Source: the human T2T-CHM13v2.0 reference genome, Homo sapiens. From it: 64,000 nucleotides of DNA. The first letter of the stretch is position 1. Each line of letters starts with the position of its first letter. The DNA lies in assembly GCF_009914755.1 (NCBI RefSeq), contig NC_060929.1; one strand, 5' to 3'. The notes under the pieces are model-generated. The model was not told where the DNA came from. It did not search any database and worked only from the letters and a program-made list of their open reading frames with translations. Shown here piece by piece: positions 30,185 through 46,851 of this stretch. The position numbers and the translations under genes are program-made.

Positions 30185-31074
30185 CTGCCAGGAAAGAAAG
30201 AAGGGATCTCCTTGTAAGGCAAAATCCTTCCTTTCTCTCATTACCAGAACACTTACACCTGCCATTTAAACACACTCTGTTGCAGATGGCCTTGAGATGC
30301 AGCTGCCAGTAAAATACTGACAGCATAGAACACTGAAGGAAAAGGCCAAATGCAAATAAGGAGACTTTCTGAATATGGGGGACTCTAATGCCCACACCAA
30401 AATAGAAGCAGTTGGAGAAATAACATTTCCCATCTTCTCTCATTCTTAATCTAAGCCTAAATTGCTAAACATGTCCCAGAATAGGAAATATTTGGTACCA
30501 CCATTAATTGGGTTTGAGTGCTTTTAGTACCAGTGGTAAGGCCAGGAAGTGAACTCAGACAGACATAGGGTGCACCTGCTGTGATGATATCGTAGAATTC
30601 TGATTAGAAGATTTATAGCATTGACTATTTCATTTCAGAGAAATCAGTGGTATTTTTTCAGACCTTTTTCCCCCTTCTGTTGCTATGCTGAGTAACCATC
30701 ACAAATAATGTATACTCATTGCCCAAGAAATGAGTTATTAATTAGCAGGCAATAGATACCCCTCCAAGAACATTTTGGTTAAAGAACCATTCATTTCTCC
30801 CTCAACTAAAGCAGCATTTACATCTCTCTGGGTACAGGTCTCTGAATTGGCCTGCTTGGGAGCTAGCTAGCGCTAGCTGTGCTGGGGAACTGGGGGAGGG
30901 AGGAGCTCAGACTCCAAAACCATCACGGTTCCCTTCTGAAATGTTCATCGCCCTGTGGTTTTCCACAGAGCCAAAGATCTCCTTTAGGTTACTGATTTTA
31001 GAAAACTTTGTTTTGGCTTTTGGGAAGCCAATTAAATAGAGTTGATTTGCCAAGTGAACACAGGTAAAGCCAAA

Positions 31075-31550
31075 ATGACCTGTGTTTCACATTGCGTTTT
31101 GAATAAATCCAAATTGTTTACCATGGCCTGGGTGCTCTGGCCCCTGCCCACCTTTCTCGCTATTCTTCCTTTTCACTGCACTTCATTCACTCTATTCCTG
31201 CTTTCTTTCTGTTCCACGAACATCCCTTACCTGTTGCCACCTCAGAGCCTTTGCACTTGCTATTCCCTCTGCCTGAAAAGCTCTTCTGCTTCATCTCTGC
31301 ATAGCAGTCCCCTTGTTAACCAGGTCTCAGCTCAACCCTTCCTGAGAAAGGCCCTCCCTTACCATGTTAGCTCAATTTTCTCCCCACCCCATGACATATT
31401 CTGTCACATTATTCTATTCTATTTCAGGATTTGCTTGTTTTTGATCTGTCTACCTCTCTAAAATATAAGTTCCAGGTTATCATTTTATGCATCATTATAT
31501 TCTCATGTGTCTGGCACATGCTTAATAAATATTTCTTAAATGAAGCTTGA
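31075..31550 (+). mobile_element. L2 3' fragment in GLRX intron 2
   Basis: cctcagagcctttgcacttgctattccctctgcctg...gtctggcacatgcttaataaatatt. Confidence 0.75.
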
Positions 31551-31751
31551 GTGAAAGGATTTCTCTCATTGACACGATCTCTTTGTAAAGTGTGAAATTC
31601 ATAAGTGATTGACATCACCGTTCCTCAACTCACCCCAAATCATTTCTTCCCCCAACCAGAATGCTGTCATACAGTATAACAAACCACGACAGAAGAATTC
31701 CACGGTCTCCCATGTTCCTGGCCCAGCACCTCACCTGCCACTCACCTGTGG

Positions 31752-31865
31752 TTACTGCAGAGCTCCAATCTGCTTTAGCCGCGTCAGCAGTTCCCCACTC
31801 TGTTGCAAAGAGACTAGATCACTGCATCCGCCTATACAATCTTTACCAATAAAGACTCGAGGCAC
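31752..31865 (-). CDS. GLRX: GLRX coding exon 2
   Basis: Acceptor tttag|GTG; VPRVFIGKDCIGGCSDLVSLQQSGELLTRLKQIGALQ-TAA. 207+114 nt = 106 aa plus stop. The exon continues 6 nt to donor cag|gtgagt at 31746. Confidence 0.98.
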   Translation of the reverse strand: MPRVFIGKDCIGGCSDLVSLQQSGELLTRLKQIGALQ

Positions 31866-32370
31866 CTAAAAAAGCACACGACCCAGGACATTACTACATT
31901 ACTAGATTAGACAGAACATTTCTATCCTACCACTAAATATTTCCCGTGATTCCAAACTTTTCAAATCACTTTAAAACCTCCTTATGTATATGCTCACAGG
32001 ACAGGACTTCCTTTCTGTTATAAGGGGTAACATTATTAACTCGAGAATGTTTTTACGCCAGAAGAGTTTTCAAGTTGTGTGCTATGCATGAGCTTGTCCA
32101 ACTTGTCAAAGGGATTTAAAAATTTCACTCTACAGAAACATGTTTCAGAAGGAGAATTCTGATTGGCTGCAGTCAGACCACCTAGATTGAACTCTGCTTT
32201 CTCTGCATCAGGGACCACACCTAAGATTGTAAACTGGGTCACAGCAATCAGGAAGGAAGGAGTTCGTTTCTAAATACAGCTGGAAAAGTATTTGCATTAC
32301 GTCTCTGATTTTTCAGGTCCATGGTTTATTAAGTACAATCATCTCTCTGTGTTGTTAAAACACAGGTGAG

Positions 32371-32665
<295 letters not shown>

Positions 32666-33809
32666 ACACAAGTGAGCTCTGTCCTCAACCAGGGGGGTGT
32701 AGTGGTGTTTGAGTCTCCTTTAATCGCTGGTCCATCATAAGATGGTTAACTCACCCCGGATGAGGGTGCGTCACCCACGCCAAGCCACAGTCATGACACC
32801 TGCTGAATAGGCTCCTCTCTAGTTACACACTTCCTCCCTGCTGCTAGGAGCAGACACATTCCAGAATTCCAGAGGGCTTTTAGAATCGCGAGGGAGGAGG
32901 AAATACCCTCAACGTGGCTGAATTTATAGGCCAGGAGTGTTCCACCAAGGCTGCCTGGCAGTGAAGAAAAAAGCCCCATGGAGGTCACCGCGTCATCAGA
33001 GCCAGCGGGCCTCTCCCCGAGTACCAGGAACGCACTGGAGGGGAGGGAGAGGTGGAGGCAGAAAGCAATGAGACTATTTTTCAAAGCTTTGGGCTTTCCT
33101 CAGAAAGCATAATAATTGGAGCAAATTGTCCAAAAAGTGAGAAAGGTGAGAAAAGGGGCTTCATTATTGTGGATAAGTTCTTACAGCACTTTTATTAAAA
33201 AGGGGGTCTGGGTGAAGGTAGGCATTAAAAATAAAGTCTAAAAATTAAAAACAAATCTTGCACATTTCCATGGCTATTCCCTGTGCTCTCACAGGATAAC
33301 TGAGGCTTTGAAAACCCACAGCCCTGGAGCTGCCCCCCAGCCTCCTGAGATGACCCTGAAATGTGACCAGGCTGCTCCCAGCGTGGAGTTTTGTGCTCAG
33401 TGTCTGGCAAAGAAGCGAAAGGCTCCTTTACCCTCACACCCATCCTCTAGTCTGGACAACTGCAAAACTGCCATAAATCGTATCAGTGAATGGTACCCCT
33501 AACGGGAGCTGAATGGCAGGCTGTACAGACGGCACGGGGGTGCTGTGGCAGTGAAACCAAAGCAAGAAGTACTGTTGATAAAGTTGAGCAAAGAAGAGGA
33601 AATACCCTGTGCTGCTTCCCCTCCTGTCCCTTCCCGTCCCAGCCTCCTCTTTAGAGGAACTTGAGAGTCCGCTACTGTCAAGGAGAGGAAAGAACTGCCA
33701 CCCCAAAACGAGTTTGGTAATCCTGTGGTTCTTATTCTCCTGCACTAGGTTTCCCCAGCCTCAGCCAGGCAACATCTCCTGTACGCTAGCTAGGGTTACA
33801 CAAATGCAA

Positions 33810-34512
33810 CTACTCAAAAGCAATTTCTCAACACTCCTCGGCTACCTCCCTGGTATAAGCCACCTTCATCTGTCACCTGAATAACTACTATAGCCTCCCA
33901 ATGTCTCCCAGCTTCAACCTTCACCTTTGCCCTACTGTCTCTTCTCCCCACAGCTGCCAGAGTGGCCCTTTCAAAATGGGGTCAGATCAAGTGACTCGTC
34001 TGCTCAGCACCCACCAGGGGCATCTCATCTCACACCGAGTACCAGTCACAGTTCTTCCAAGCTCCTATTAGCTCTCAGACCTCACCTCCACTAACTCTCC
34101 TACTGGCTCACAGTGCTGCAACTATACTGGCTTCCTTACTATTCCACAAACCTGCCAGGCAAACGTCTACCCCAGGACCTTTGCATTCACTCTACCTGTA
34201 AATTGTGTACACCCATCTCCCTCAGCTCCTATAGATATCTGCTCGAATGTTCCCTTCTCAGTGAGACCCAATGGCTCCATTTAAAACTGGACCCTGATGC
34301 TTCCTCCCTACCTTTCCTACTTTTCCTCATAGCACGTGCCACTTACCAACTCCCAACATACTGTTTTATTACTGTATTTGTTTGTCTCCCCCACTAGAAT
34401 ATAGGTTCAACAAAGGCAGAAGGGTTTTTTTCATGGCAGAAAAGGCAGAATTTTTTCCCCAATGTACATAAAAGTGTCTGGTACATAGTAGGTGCTTAAA
34501 AATATTTGTTGC
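33810..34512 (+). mobile_element. L2 3' fragment
   Basis: ccacagctgccagagtg...cagatca...ggtacatagtaggtgcttaaaaatatttgttg. Confidence 0.75.
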
Positions 34513-34514
34513 AT

Positions 34515-34710
34515 CCAGTAAAATCATCATTCAAATGCGAAGGAGAAATACTTTCTAAGGTAAACAAAACTTGAGGGAATGTGTTACCAATGGAATCACC
34601 TTGCAAGAAATGCCCAAAGAAGTTCTTCAGAGAGAAGGGAAATGATATAGTTCAGAAACTCAGATCTATGTAAAGAAAAGTGCATTAGAGGAGAAATAAA
34701 TGAAGGCACT
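34515..34710 (+). mobile_element. Old L1 ORF1-end fragment
   Basis: ccttgcaagaaatg...aagttcttcagagagaagggaaatgatatag...gaaactcagatcta. Confidence 0.6.
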
Positions 34711-34856
34711 AATTTAGGAGCTGTGACTATAGCAAAACAAAAACAGGTTTTACCAAGTACATGGCTTGATTGAAGCCACTAACTTTCCATAATCATGTCC
34801 TGCTGATTACCTACTAGATACAGCTACTTTATAGAATAATTAAGACTGCAGGATCA

Positions 34857-35214
<358 letters not shown>

Positions 35215-35311
35215 TCAAACATGCAGCTTTAAAAGGCTTGTTCTTCCCCTAGGAGGAATGCACTCAGAATTCAAGAATCTGTGAAAAACATTTTTCTAAA
35301 AATGAAAAACA

Positions 35312-35617
35312 GGCTTGTTGAGGTGGATCACATCTGTAATCCCAGCACTTTGGGAAGCTGAGGTGGGAGGATAGCTTGAGGCCAGGAGTTCAAGACCAGC
35401 CTGGGTAACATAACAAGACCCCCATCTGTACAAAAACTTAAAAAATTAGCTGGGTATGATGGCTCATGCCTGTAGTCCCAGCCACGGGAGGCTGAGGTGG
35501 GAGGGTCACTTAAGCCCAGGAGTTCGAGGCTGCAGTCAGCTATCATTGCACCACTGCACTCTAGCCTGGGTGACAGAGCAAGACTCTGTCTCTTAAAAAA
35601 AAAAAAAAAAAAAAAAA
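35312..35617 (+). mobile_element. AluJ
   Basis: Full dimer with J-type motifs. Confidence 0.88.
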
Positions 35618-35677
35618 CCTTAAAAGATTACTACAAGAAATATTGTTGTTCTACAAAGAAATGAAAAAGCAATTGTT

Positions 35678-35949
35678 GACCAGGTGTGGTAGCTCACACC
35701 TGCACTTTGGGAGGCTGAGGTGGGTGGATCACCTGAGGTCAGGAGTTCGAGACCAGGTTGGCCAGCATGGTGAAACCCCATCTCTAATAAAAATACAAAA
35801 ATTAGCTAGGTGTGGTGGCAGGTGCCCGTAATTCCAGCTACTTGATTGCTTGAACCTGGGCGGTGGAGGTTGCAGTAAGCCAAAATCACACCACTGCACT
35901 CCAGCCTGGGCGACAAGAGCGAAATTCCATCTCAAAAAAAAAAAAAAAA
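35678..35949 (+). mobile_element. AluS with small deletions
   Basis: TSD aaaaagcaattgtt. Confidence 0.9.
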
Positions 35950-36029
35950 GCAATTGTTAAATGAACACATGAAGAGGTTTGCTTTACCTCCTGGAAAATA
36001 GATGCTGTTGGGCTGAGAACAATAATCCC

Positions 36030-36490
36030 AATTGTGTTGCACATTGGAATCCCCAAGGGATTTTTCCAAATAAAAATCCCAGGTGTGGTGGCTCACCCGT
36101 TTAATCCCAGCACTTTGGGAGGCCGAGGTAGGTGGATCGCCTGAGGTCAGGAGTTCGACACCAGCCTGGCCAACATGGTGAAACCCCGTCTCTACTAAAA
36201 ATACAAAAATTAGCTGGGCATGGTGGTGGGCGCCTGTAATCCCAGCTACTTGGGAGGTTGAGGAGAACCCAGGAGGCAGAGGTTGCAGTGAGCCAACATT
36301 GCACCATTGCACTCCAGCCTGGGTGACAAGAATGAAACTGTCTCAAAACAAACGAACAAACAAAACTAATGCTTGGCTCCCACCTCTGACATTGTGATTT
36401 AGTTATTGAGGGGCATAATTTGGGCATAAGGATTGTTTTAAAAGCTCTCTAGGTGATCCTAATGTGCAGCAAAGTTTGGGAACCAATGGC
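36030..36490. mobile_element. MER5-type element containing an AluS (36078-36366, +)
   Basis: tgcacattggaatcccc...[Alu]...aagctctctaggtgatcctaatgtgcagcaaagtttgggaacca. Confidence 0.8.
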
Positions 36491-37696
36491 TAAAAGGTCC
36501 TCAGGGTGGCAGCCACAGTGGGGCCCGTAGTAGTGTTTGCACTGCCCTTTACACCTCTCAGGGCCTGGGCATCCTATGCAGCTGGTGGTCCCACTAGGCA
36601 GCAAGAGCTTCTCTCGTCATTGTGTATACTCCAGGACCTCAGCACACAGCAGTAGGATAACACACTAAGCCCCCTTTCTGCACCAAAATGCTGACTTCTT
36701 ATTAGAGAGAAGGGGAGAAACAACCTCCAATGCTTTATACTCAGAACCCAGAGACAACCTTGTAAGTCAAACTAAAACTGAAATAGGATATGTGCTTGGC
36801 CTAACACTGTGCTGTAGAATTCGTGCATCGTAAAAGAGAACTTAGCTGAGCTGGTGGGACATTTCTCATCCCACCTCACAGCAGAACTGATACAGGTGAT
36901 GTGGCTGGCATCCCTCCTGAAGCCCAGGACGCAAAGCCAAGGATGCTGAAGAGAGGGAAGTCTTTCGGATGGAGGAGAGCAATTTTTAGAGGGTCCCACA
37001 GTCTATTCGTAGCAAATGGGACTCTGAGGTCACCTAATCTGGTCTTGCAGCTGGGATCTTTGAGGACTACTGGGGTGGTGACTTGCCCAGGATCACACAG
37101 CCAGCCATTATAAGAGCCAGGCCAGAACTCCAGGCTATGATTCCCTACAATGTGGGGCCTGGAAACATCCATAATTAATTTAGAACAAGGGGCAGATAAC
37201 GGTACATTAGATTTTTCCAGTGGGAGGAATTAGATAAGGAAGAATGAGCAAATTAGAAAAAGAAAGCCTAGAGAAAAGAATGAAGAACATGAATCTCATG
37301 TTAAATAACAAACACATCACACCCGGCCCTCCACCCCAGCTTCCACCTCCAGCCCTGCCAACTGAAAACTGTCATTTCCTGGCAGTGCTTAAAACAAAGA
37401 CTCTAGATAATTCCCCAGGGACTCACCGGCAAGCTGCTGGTCCCACTTACCCTGCCGCACAGCAGACATCAGCTGTACTCCCTCTTCTGCCCCGTGAAGA
37501 CCTTTGGCTGCAGTGCCGCCGCTCATTCAAGTGACCGAGATCCTCTCTAAGGCGCCCTCCCCCACACCCCCCGCCCCGCACAGCCCTCTGGACGCCTTGA
37601 AGTACGGAGCCGCAGCCTTATCCTAAAGAAAGGCACAGCTCTGACAAGAAAAGGCAATCCGGGAGCCTTTCCCTAGCCGTTTAAAATGAAACTCAC

Positions 37697-37903
37697 CGTT
37701 CTTGCTCCCGTGAGCTGTTGCAAATAATCTTGAATCTCGTTAGTGTGGTTGGTGGCTGTGATATCGACAAATTCCAGAAGCCCTTGTTTGATGGGCAATT
37801 GACTGAGGATCTCTTGGGCCCTCCTGCAGTACGGGCAGGTGGGCTTGATGAACACAACCACCTTCCCAGGCTGGATTTTGCAGTTCACAAACTCTTGAGC
37901 CAT
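37697..37903 (-). CDS. GLRX: GLRX coding exon 1 (69 codons, CPYC active site)
   Basis: MAQEFVNCKIQPGKVVVFIKPTCPYCRRAQEILSQLPIKQGLLEFVDITATNHTNEIQDYLQQLTGART; strong Kozak context GGCATGG; donor ACG|gtgagt. Confidence 0.98.
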
Positions 37904-38025
37904 GCCGATGGGCTGCGGTCTCCCCGGGAAGAATCCTCAGTTGCAGGTATTGCTTGGGGTATTGAGCCCCGACCCAGCCAGTTGGCTCCTATTTAATAAG
38001 GAACCTCCCTGGAGGCGGAGTTTGC
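37904..38025 (-). promoter_or_regulatory. GLRX: GLRX 5'UTR and core promoter
   Basis: TATA-like TATTAAATA on - at 37998-37990, ~90 nt upstream of the ATG; GC-box-like ggaggcggag at 38011-38020; locally raised CpG. Confidence 0.7.
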
Positions 38026-40316
38026 CTGGTAGCTTGCTCGAGTTTTAAAGGGACAGCTTCGAAGACATTTCCATCTGGTATACTTCACTAGTTAGCAATG
38101 CCCAGGAATGCAATACTTGCTATTTAATCATTGGTAGCTATGAAAGACACTCTGGGTATCTTTGTTGTCCTTGGACATTTGGGGAGTGCCTGCCCATTGG
38201 CAATGATCAGAGTTTAGTCACCTCTGGGGAAGCATAAAGTGCTTACTCACAAAGGGGCTGAGGAGGCAGTGACTTCTTAGAGCAAATTCTTGTTTTCCCT
38301 CTAGGAGATACAGTTGTATTTTAAAATGCAAACAGAATCACTTAAGAAACAGAACACTTGGAAATCTCTTTAGAAGAAGTGAAATTGAAACTGTGACTTT
38401 GCACTCCTCATGAAGGTTGCTCTCACAGCATTTTGCTTGGACTGTATGGTGGGTGTTTGTTGTTGTGATCTTTTTAATGGAATTCATTCTCAGTATTTAA
38501 AAATCTGGAGGTCTCACAAAACAATTCGGACTTAAAACTTCTCTCTGAAAAGTCAGGTCGGGCAATACAGAGCTTGCACCTTTTAGTGGAAGCTGCTGGG
38601 GCTGACAGCTGTTGCCCCCTTTGTATAGGGCAAGTAGTGGCTTTGGTTTGCCACAGGTCCCAACGACAGGCCCATGCCTGAGACACCGGCTTCACCCCAT
38701 AACCATTTGAGTTGGTAACCCTTGAACAGCAGTTTAATATGGAGGCAAATTCCAACACAATCCTTGATACAAAACTACAGATGAAATGAGAATCTTTTTT
38801 TCTGGTTGAGCCTATGTTTGTGACCCTCTGCTTTTAACTGTTTGTGAGGGGAAGTAGTGTTGTAACTCAGACACCACATTCACTTCAAGTGTTATAAGAC
38901 ACGGGTTGTAACAGTAGGAAATCTTTCGCTCTTCCCCAGGGTGCCCATTCTCCTTATCCCGCAAAGCAAAGTCCTCTACTCCTGGGTCTAGTTCCGGCCC
39001 CCTCTAGTGTATGGTAGCTTAAATAAACAAATCAAGGAAAAACTATGTCCTTTAAACGTGAATCATCCTTTCCCCAGGAAGTTTTATGGTGAAACCAGAG
39101 TATCTTCAAAGAGGCGGGGCCAAGGCCAGAGCTGGACACCACGACTGCCACGTAAGAGGAATCCCAAGCATACTGCGATCAAGGGAAGGGAAGAAAATCC
39201 ACTCCCAGAAGCAGCTTTTTACTGTGACTCTCATCGTTACTAGAATTAAAATGGCAAAATGAGAAAGCCAGATTCTGAGTCACGGAGGGGGAGCTAAGTG
39301 ACAGCTCTGTCCAGAGAAAAGGATGTGGCAGGGCTGGGAGGCCCCTCACGTGGTCAGGGCTCCGGACTTCCCACTTCCCACTTCCCTCCAAAGTAGGCTC
39401 TGCCACAGAGTCTGAGCCTCCTCTCTTTTCTCATTCTTTTACCTCAGAACCCTGTGGCCAGGCTCCTTCCAGAGGCCCCTGCCAGGAGGTCCAGGGTCTG
39501 TTTCAGGGCCCTCAGGCTGTTGCCTTAAGTTCCCTCAGCCTGAGGTTTATCCACACGACTTGCACCTGCTACTCACTCAGAGCCTTTCTCTTCTCCGGTC
39601 TGTTGTTGGCTCCTCCCTTCCTGGTGCCTCAGCCTGCCACTGTGTTCAAGTTAAAAGCCACCACCACCACCACCACTCCCCATTTCCTGCTTTCCTGCCT
39701 CTGCCCTTTCATGAAATTTACTGTCTGTACCTTTCTCACCTCCATTCTCTCATTTTGTTGTTATCTGACCTTGTCAACCATTCTGCTGAATTGTTGGCAG
39801 ACACTAATCATGGCCTCTATGTCACCAAATAACCATTTAGCTAGGTATCCTGACCTTTTGCAAATTAGTCACCTGCCCCAAGAGGCTGGGATCCAGGGAG
39901 ATTATTGTCTGCCTCTCACTCAGTCCCGGGGACTGCCTGGTGTCTGAAGCCTTAGGACAGATGGCCATAAGGCACAAGCTAAAGGCAATTTTTTTGTGAG
40001 GCACCATGTGGAAAATGGGAGACAAAGAGATGGCAAAGAACGGGTGTCCTCTCCATTTCTCAGAAAATGCTGTGGCTTCAACTCAGTGAAAAATGACAAG
40101 CATAGAAGCCTCTGCTGCATTGTACAGCAGGAGCTGAAACCCAGCATGGACCTTAGGGCATCTCAATGGAAAGCCGCCATGGGGACTGCAGATGCGTCAA
40201 GTGCTGTGGATGGAAAGAGGGTGTGCGTGTGGACTAACACGTGTGGACTCTCCTTTGGCTTGTGTGAGACACTCCCAGGCACTCTCAGAAAATACACCTT
40301 GGAGGGTGGGAAGTGA

Positions 40317-40695
<379 letters not shown>

Positions 40696-41472
40696 AATGT
40701 GACTTCATTTGTACTCACAGGCTGATGAGGGCTGCAAAAAATGTGGCCACAAACGAACATTCTTCAGGGTTTTTCCTTACCCACTGTGCAGGGTTTGACC
40801 TTGTAGATCACTGCAGGCCTCTGGAAGTTCTCTTCCCACTGCCCATTGCAGCATGATCTTTTTGCTCTTTCTATTGGATATTGTCTCAGTGTCTTTGTTA
40901 AGAATTTTGCCTACACATATGGTCTATCTTGGGGCTTGATCTTCTCATTGTGTACACACCCACTCCTTGAGAGGTCGTAGCTCCACACATGACTCCAGCT
41001 GTCAGCTTTTTACTGATGAGCATCACGTTTTTCCTTATCTGGACCTCTCTCCTAAGCTTCAGGGAAGGCTATCTCATTGCCTACTGAAAAGACCCACCTG
41101 GGGATTCCTTAGGCCTCTCAGCCTCTAGGCAGCCAAAACTGAATCTCCCCTGAAGCCACCCTCTTTCCTCCATACCTGCTCATTGAGCCTGCATGCACCT
41201 TCATGTACCTTTTCGGCCAGGGCGGAAACCTGGCAGGCATCTGTGCTGGCCTCTGCTTTCACTTATGCATAGTGGCCAAACCCTACCAAGTTTGCCTCCT
41301 GAGTGCCTCCCTGGTCTGAACACCTGACTGCTCCTGCTGCTCTAGCCCTCATTAGTTCTTCACTCCCTCTTGTAGCACCTCCACCCTCGCCTCACTGCCT
41401 ACTCCACACTGCTGCTGGGGCAATCTTTAAAAATACAGAACCTATCTTGTTCCCTCTTAAAACTAGTCCATG

Positions 41473-42612
<1,140 letters not shown>

Positions 42613-42994
42613 ATTTCTCCTTTGCTCCAACTGTGTGGACTCTGAGCCATTTCGTCATTGCTGCCACTCACACTTTGGACCTGCTGCTCCCTGTGCCCAG
42701 GGTGCCCTTCCTCTTATTTCTGTGTGGCTGACTCCTGCTGGCCCAAAGGGACTCAGATCAGGATGGTGTGTTAGCACCTCTAGGAAGTACCCCAAAACAC
42801 ACACCTCTTTCCCCCATGGGATGGGTGCCTCTCCATGGAGCTCACATGTCATACTGCGCCCTGACTCATCACATGTCATTGTTCCTTTGTATTAATTTTC
42901 TGTCATCTACAGTGAGTTCCTTGAGGGCAGGGAAAGGGCTTTTTATCTCTGCATTACCAGAGCCCAACAGATACACACTGGTTCTTATCCATCC

Positions 42995-43330
42995 ACCCAT
43001 TCATCCAACAAACATTTATTAATCAACTACTCTCAGCCAAACACAAACATCCATCATACAGCCCCAGGTCTTAGGAGTTTATAGTTTAGTGGGCAATATA
43101 AACAAGGAAAATGGACACAAGTGTTAGAAAGTGTTCTAGTTAACAGAAGTGTGTATGGGCATTAGGTTAACCAAAGGGAGTAGTCACTCCCACCTGGAGG
43201 GTGACTGGGGAAAGGGCCCACATCAAAGGAGAGCTAGGCTGAATCTTGAGGGATAAGAAGAAGCTTCTGAGTGTACAAGGAAGGGAGGGGCATTGCAGGC
43301 AGAAGGAGTAGGAAAAGGAAGAACAACATA
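42995..43330 (-). mobile_element. L2 fragment
   Basis: cattcatccaacaaacatttatt...ggagtttatagtttagtggg...gggcattgcaggcagaagga. Confidence 0.65.
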
Positions 43331-44034
43331 AACGGTGCTCGACATTGAACATGGATAGAGCATTGGGGGTTTGCGTGGGGAGAGGAGAGACAACTGGAGA
43401 GCAGGCAGAGAATAGGGGAACTTTACCACACTGCAGAGGGAGGAGTTCACACACAGGCACCAAGGAGCTGGAACAGGCATACTTTATACATGGATAGATT
43501 TGTAGTCAAACGTTTGATGTATTAATGATGGTGTCACATCTCCCAAGTCACACAATGAGTACCTAAATGCAGTTTGATCACAGAAGGGCTCTAATGAGTG
43601 ACAGGAATGCTTTGGAGCTGGCAAAACTTTCAGGGTCCCTCTGTGTTCACCCTGGGACCAGTCCTGGCTTCCACAAGGCTTGAAGTGGTACGAAGGGGCG
43701 GCTCAGGGGGTGGTGGGCTGCCATTGCTCCAGCTGCCCTCAAGGCTGCTACACTAAGCATGGCTGCCCATGTGGCCCCTTAGGCATGCTGCTGTGGGGGC
43801 TCAGGTGAGACAGCCTTGGTACCAGCTGCCCTTTTCAACCTCAGACAATGAAGGTTCTGGTTTGGGGCCGTGCCTTGTTTTCAGAGTCTAATTCTTTAGG
43901 AAGCTCTCTCTGGCCCTCTCCAGATTTGACTGCGGGGGGCACTGACTCTGGCTCTAACTGCAGTCTCTCTGGACAGATGTTTCCTTGCCTTCTACCTCTA
44001 TGCAGGGCTGTGTGATACTGAACTCAGTAACACT

Positions 44035-44212
44035 GACAGCTACCATTTACTATGTACCTACTGTGTGCTGGGCTCAGTGCTAAGAGCTTTATATGCATGA
44101 TCTCTAATCATCACAGCAACTTTGAAAAGTTGATATTTTGGATCCCAAACTGACTAGAAGAATAAGGAAAATCTTCCTAACTTGAGGGACTTGAAGTTCA
44201 GCCAAGGTCAGG
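44035..44212 (-). mobile_element. MIR
   Basis: gctaccatttactatgtacctactgtgtgctggg...gtgctaagagcttta...ccaaggtca. Confidence 0.65.
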
Positions 44213-44465
44213 AGTACGGGCTGCCTCCCTACAGGCTCTGCCATACATTTGGAAAGTCTCTCTTGTTGCCCCGTGTCTGCAAACAACCATTCCAGAGGCA
44301 ATGGGAAAGCGTTAATCTAAAGTTTTCCCACACCAAACCTCCCCTTGTGTTATTGGTTAAATTGCATCACAGGCTCATTCCTAACCCAGAGACTAGCAAA
44401 AGGAATGGAGTGACCACCACTTTTAGAGAAAATGAGGCCCATTGCTAGATTAGAAATGGTTTGAC

Positions 44466-45569
<1,104 letters not shown>

Positions 45570-46851
45570 TCATTGCCAACTCCTAGCACAAACTCCTTAG
45601 AACCAGTGAGCCACCAATAGGAACTTTATCTTGCTTAGACAGACAAAACTGAAAACACTGAAATAAAAGGTGGGGCTTGTGCTGTTGGGAAGAAGGTTTT
45701 ATCTACTCCAGGCCTAAATGTTTTTCAGTGAGGTTATCGAAATGATATTTATTTAACAAATAAATATCCCATTAGAGTAGGTATCAGTACCTGCCATTTG
45801 CAGGTAAGAAAACAGACCCAGGAAGGTTAGGAGACTTTGTCCCGGGCTTCCCAGCAAGGAAGCGCCAGATGTGGGATTCAAGCTCAGGTGTTGGGTCCAA
45901 AGCAGATGCTCTCTCTGCTGCTCTACAGAGCAAATTCCAAGGTCTTAAAGGAAGGATAACACAAGCCTGAAAGGGGTCCCGAAGACCATCTATTCTAACC
46001 CCCTCGTGAGCTTGCCTCCATGCCATGGCATTTTTCCCACTGGGCACTTGTCCAGCCTCCCCTTGAACCCCTCCATGGAACAGGCAGGAATTCACATCTA
46101 TGAAAAGAATGCTGAGTGTCCCTCATGGAGCAGGAGCCCACTCCTCAGGGAAACTGAGTGCCTGCACCCAAGGCACACACAACTTTCAAGTAAGAGGGAA
46201 CATGTCATAGTGTCGTTCAGGATCTCAGATCCAGGATCAGGGAGAGGCAGCACCTGTGTACATGACATCATATGAGATAGAATCACAGCCTTGCTTGTGA
46301 GAAAGAAAAAGAGTGGTCCCAAACAGAAGTGAATTTAAATTCACATGGCAAGGCTTTTCTGAAAACACACCTGAGCACATTTCTGCTTGAAATCTATTCG
46401 TGATGTTTCTACCAGCTGCTGGTCTATCTGAGCACCAGCTCCATCCTAAGCTAGGCTTACTCCACACAGCTGATAGAGGCTCAGCAAAGCTTAACTAGGC
46501 CTGTCATAAACTCGCCCCACAACTAAAATGAGACATTCCTGTTATCTTATTCCTAGTCTAACTTTTATCTGGATAATTCTTTTTGTCTATACACATCCAA
46601 CCCCCAAACAATCTATGAACTGGATATCTTTTTGTTGTAAATAAAAAAATAAAACATTGACAAGTGTTCAACTTAAATACTCCTTAAAGGGGCACTAATT
46701 TAGAAATATATCAATATAATGAAATACTTAAAAATTTTTTTTAAAGAGGCAGAATTAAGTCAGTTGATATGAAATAATCTCTAAGATATTAAGATGCAGC
46801 ACAGTGGCATCAGTATGCTAGCTACCATTTATGTTTAAAAAAATGGTATAT

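Noticed and set aside
37673-37903. 76-aa GLRX ORF ending VSFILNG
   Set aside because: This is read-through past the consensus donor at 37697. The spliced protein is 106 aa, and nothing in the sequence supports a retained-intron protein.
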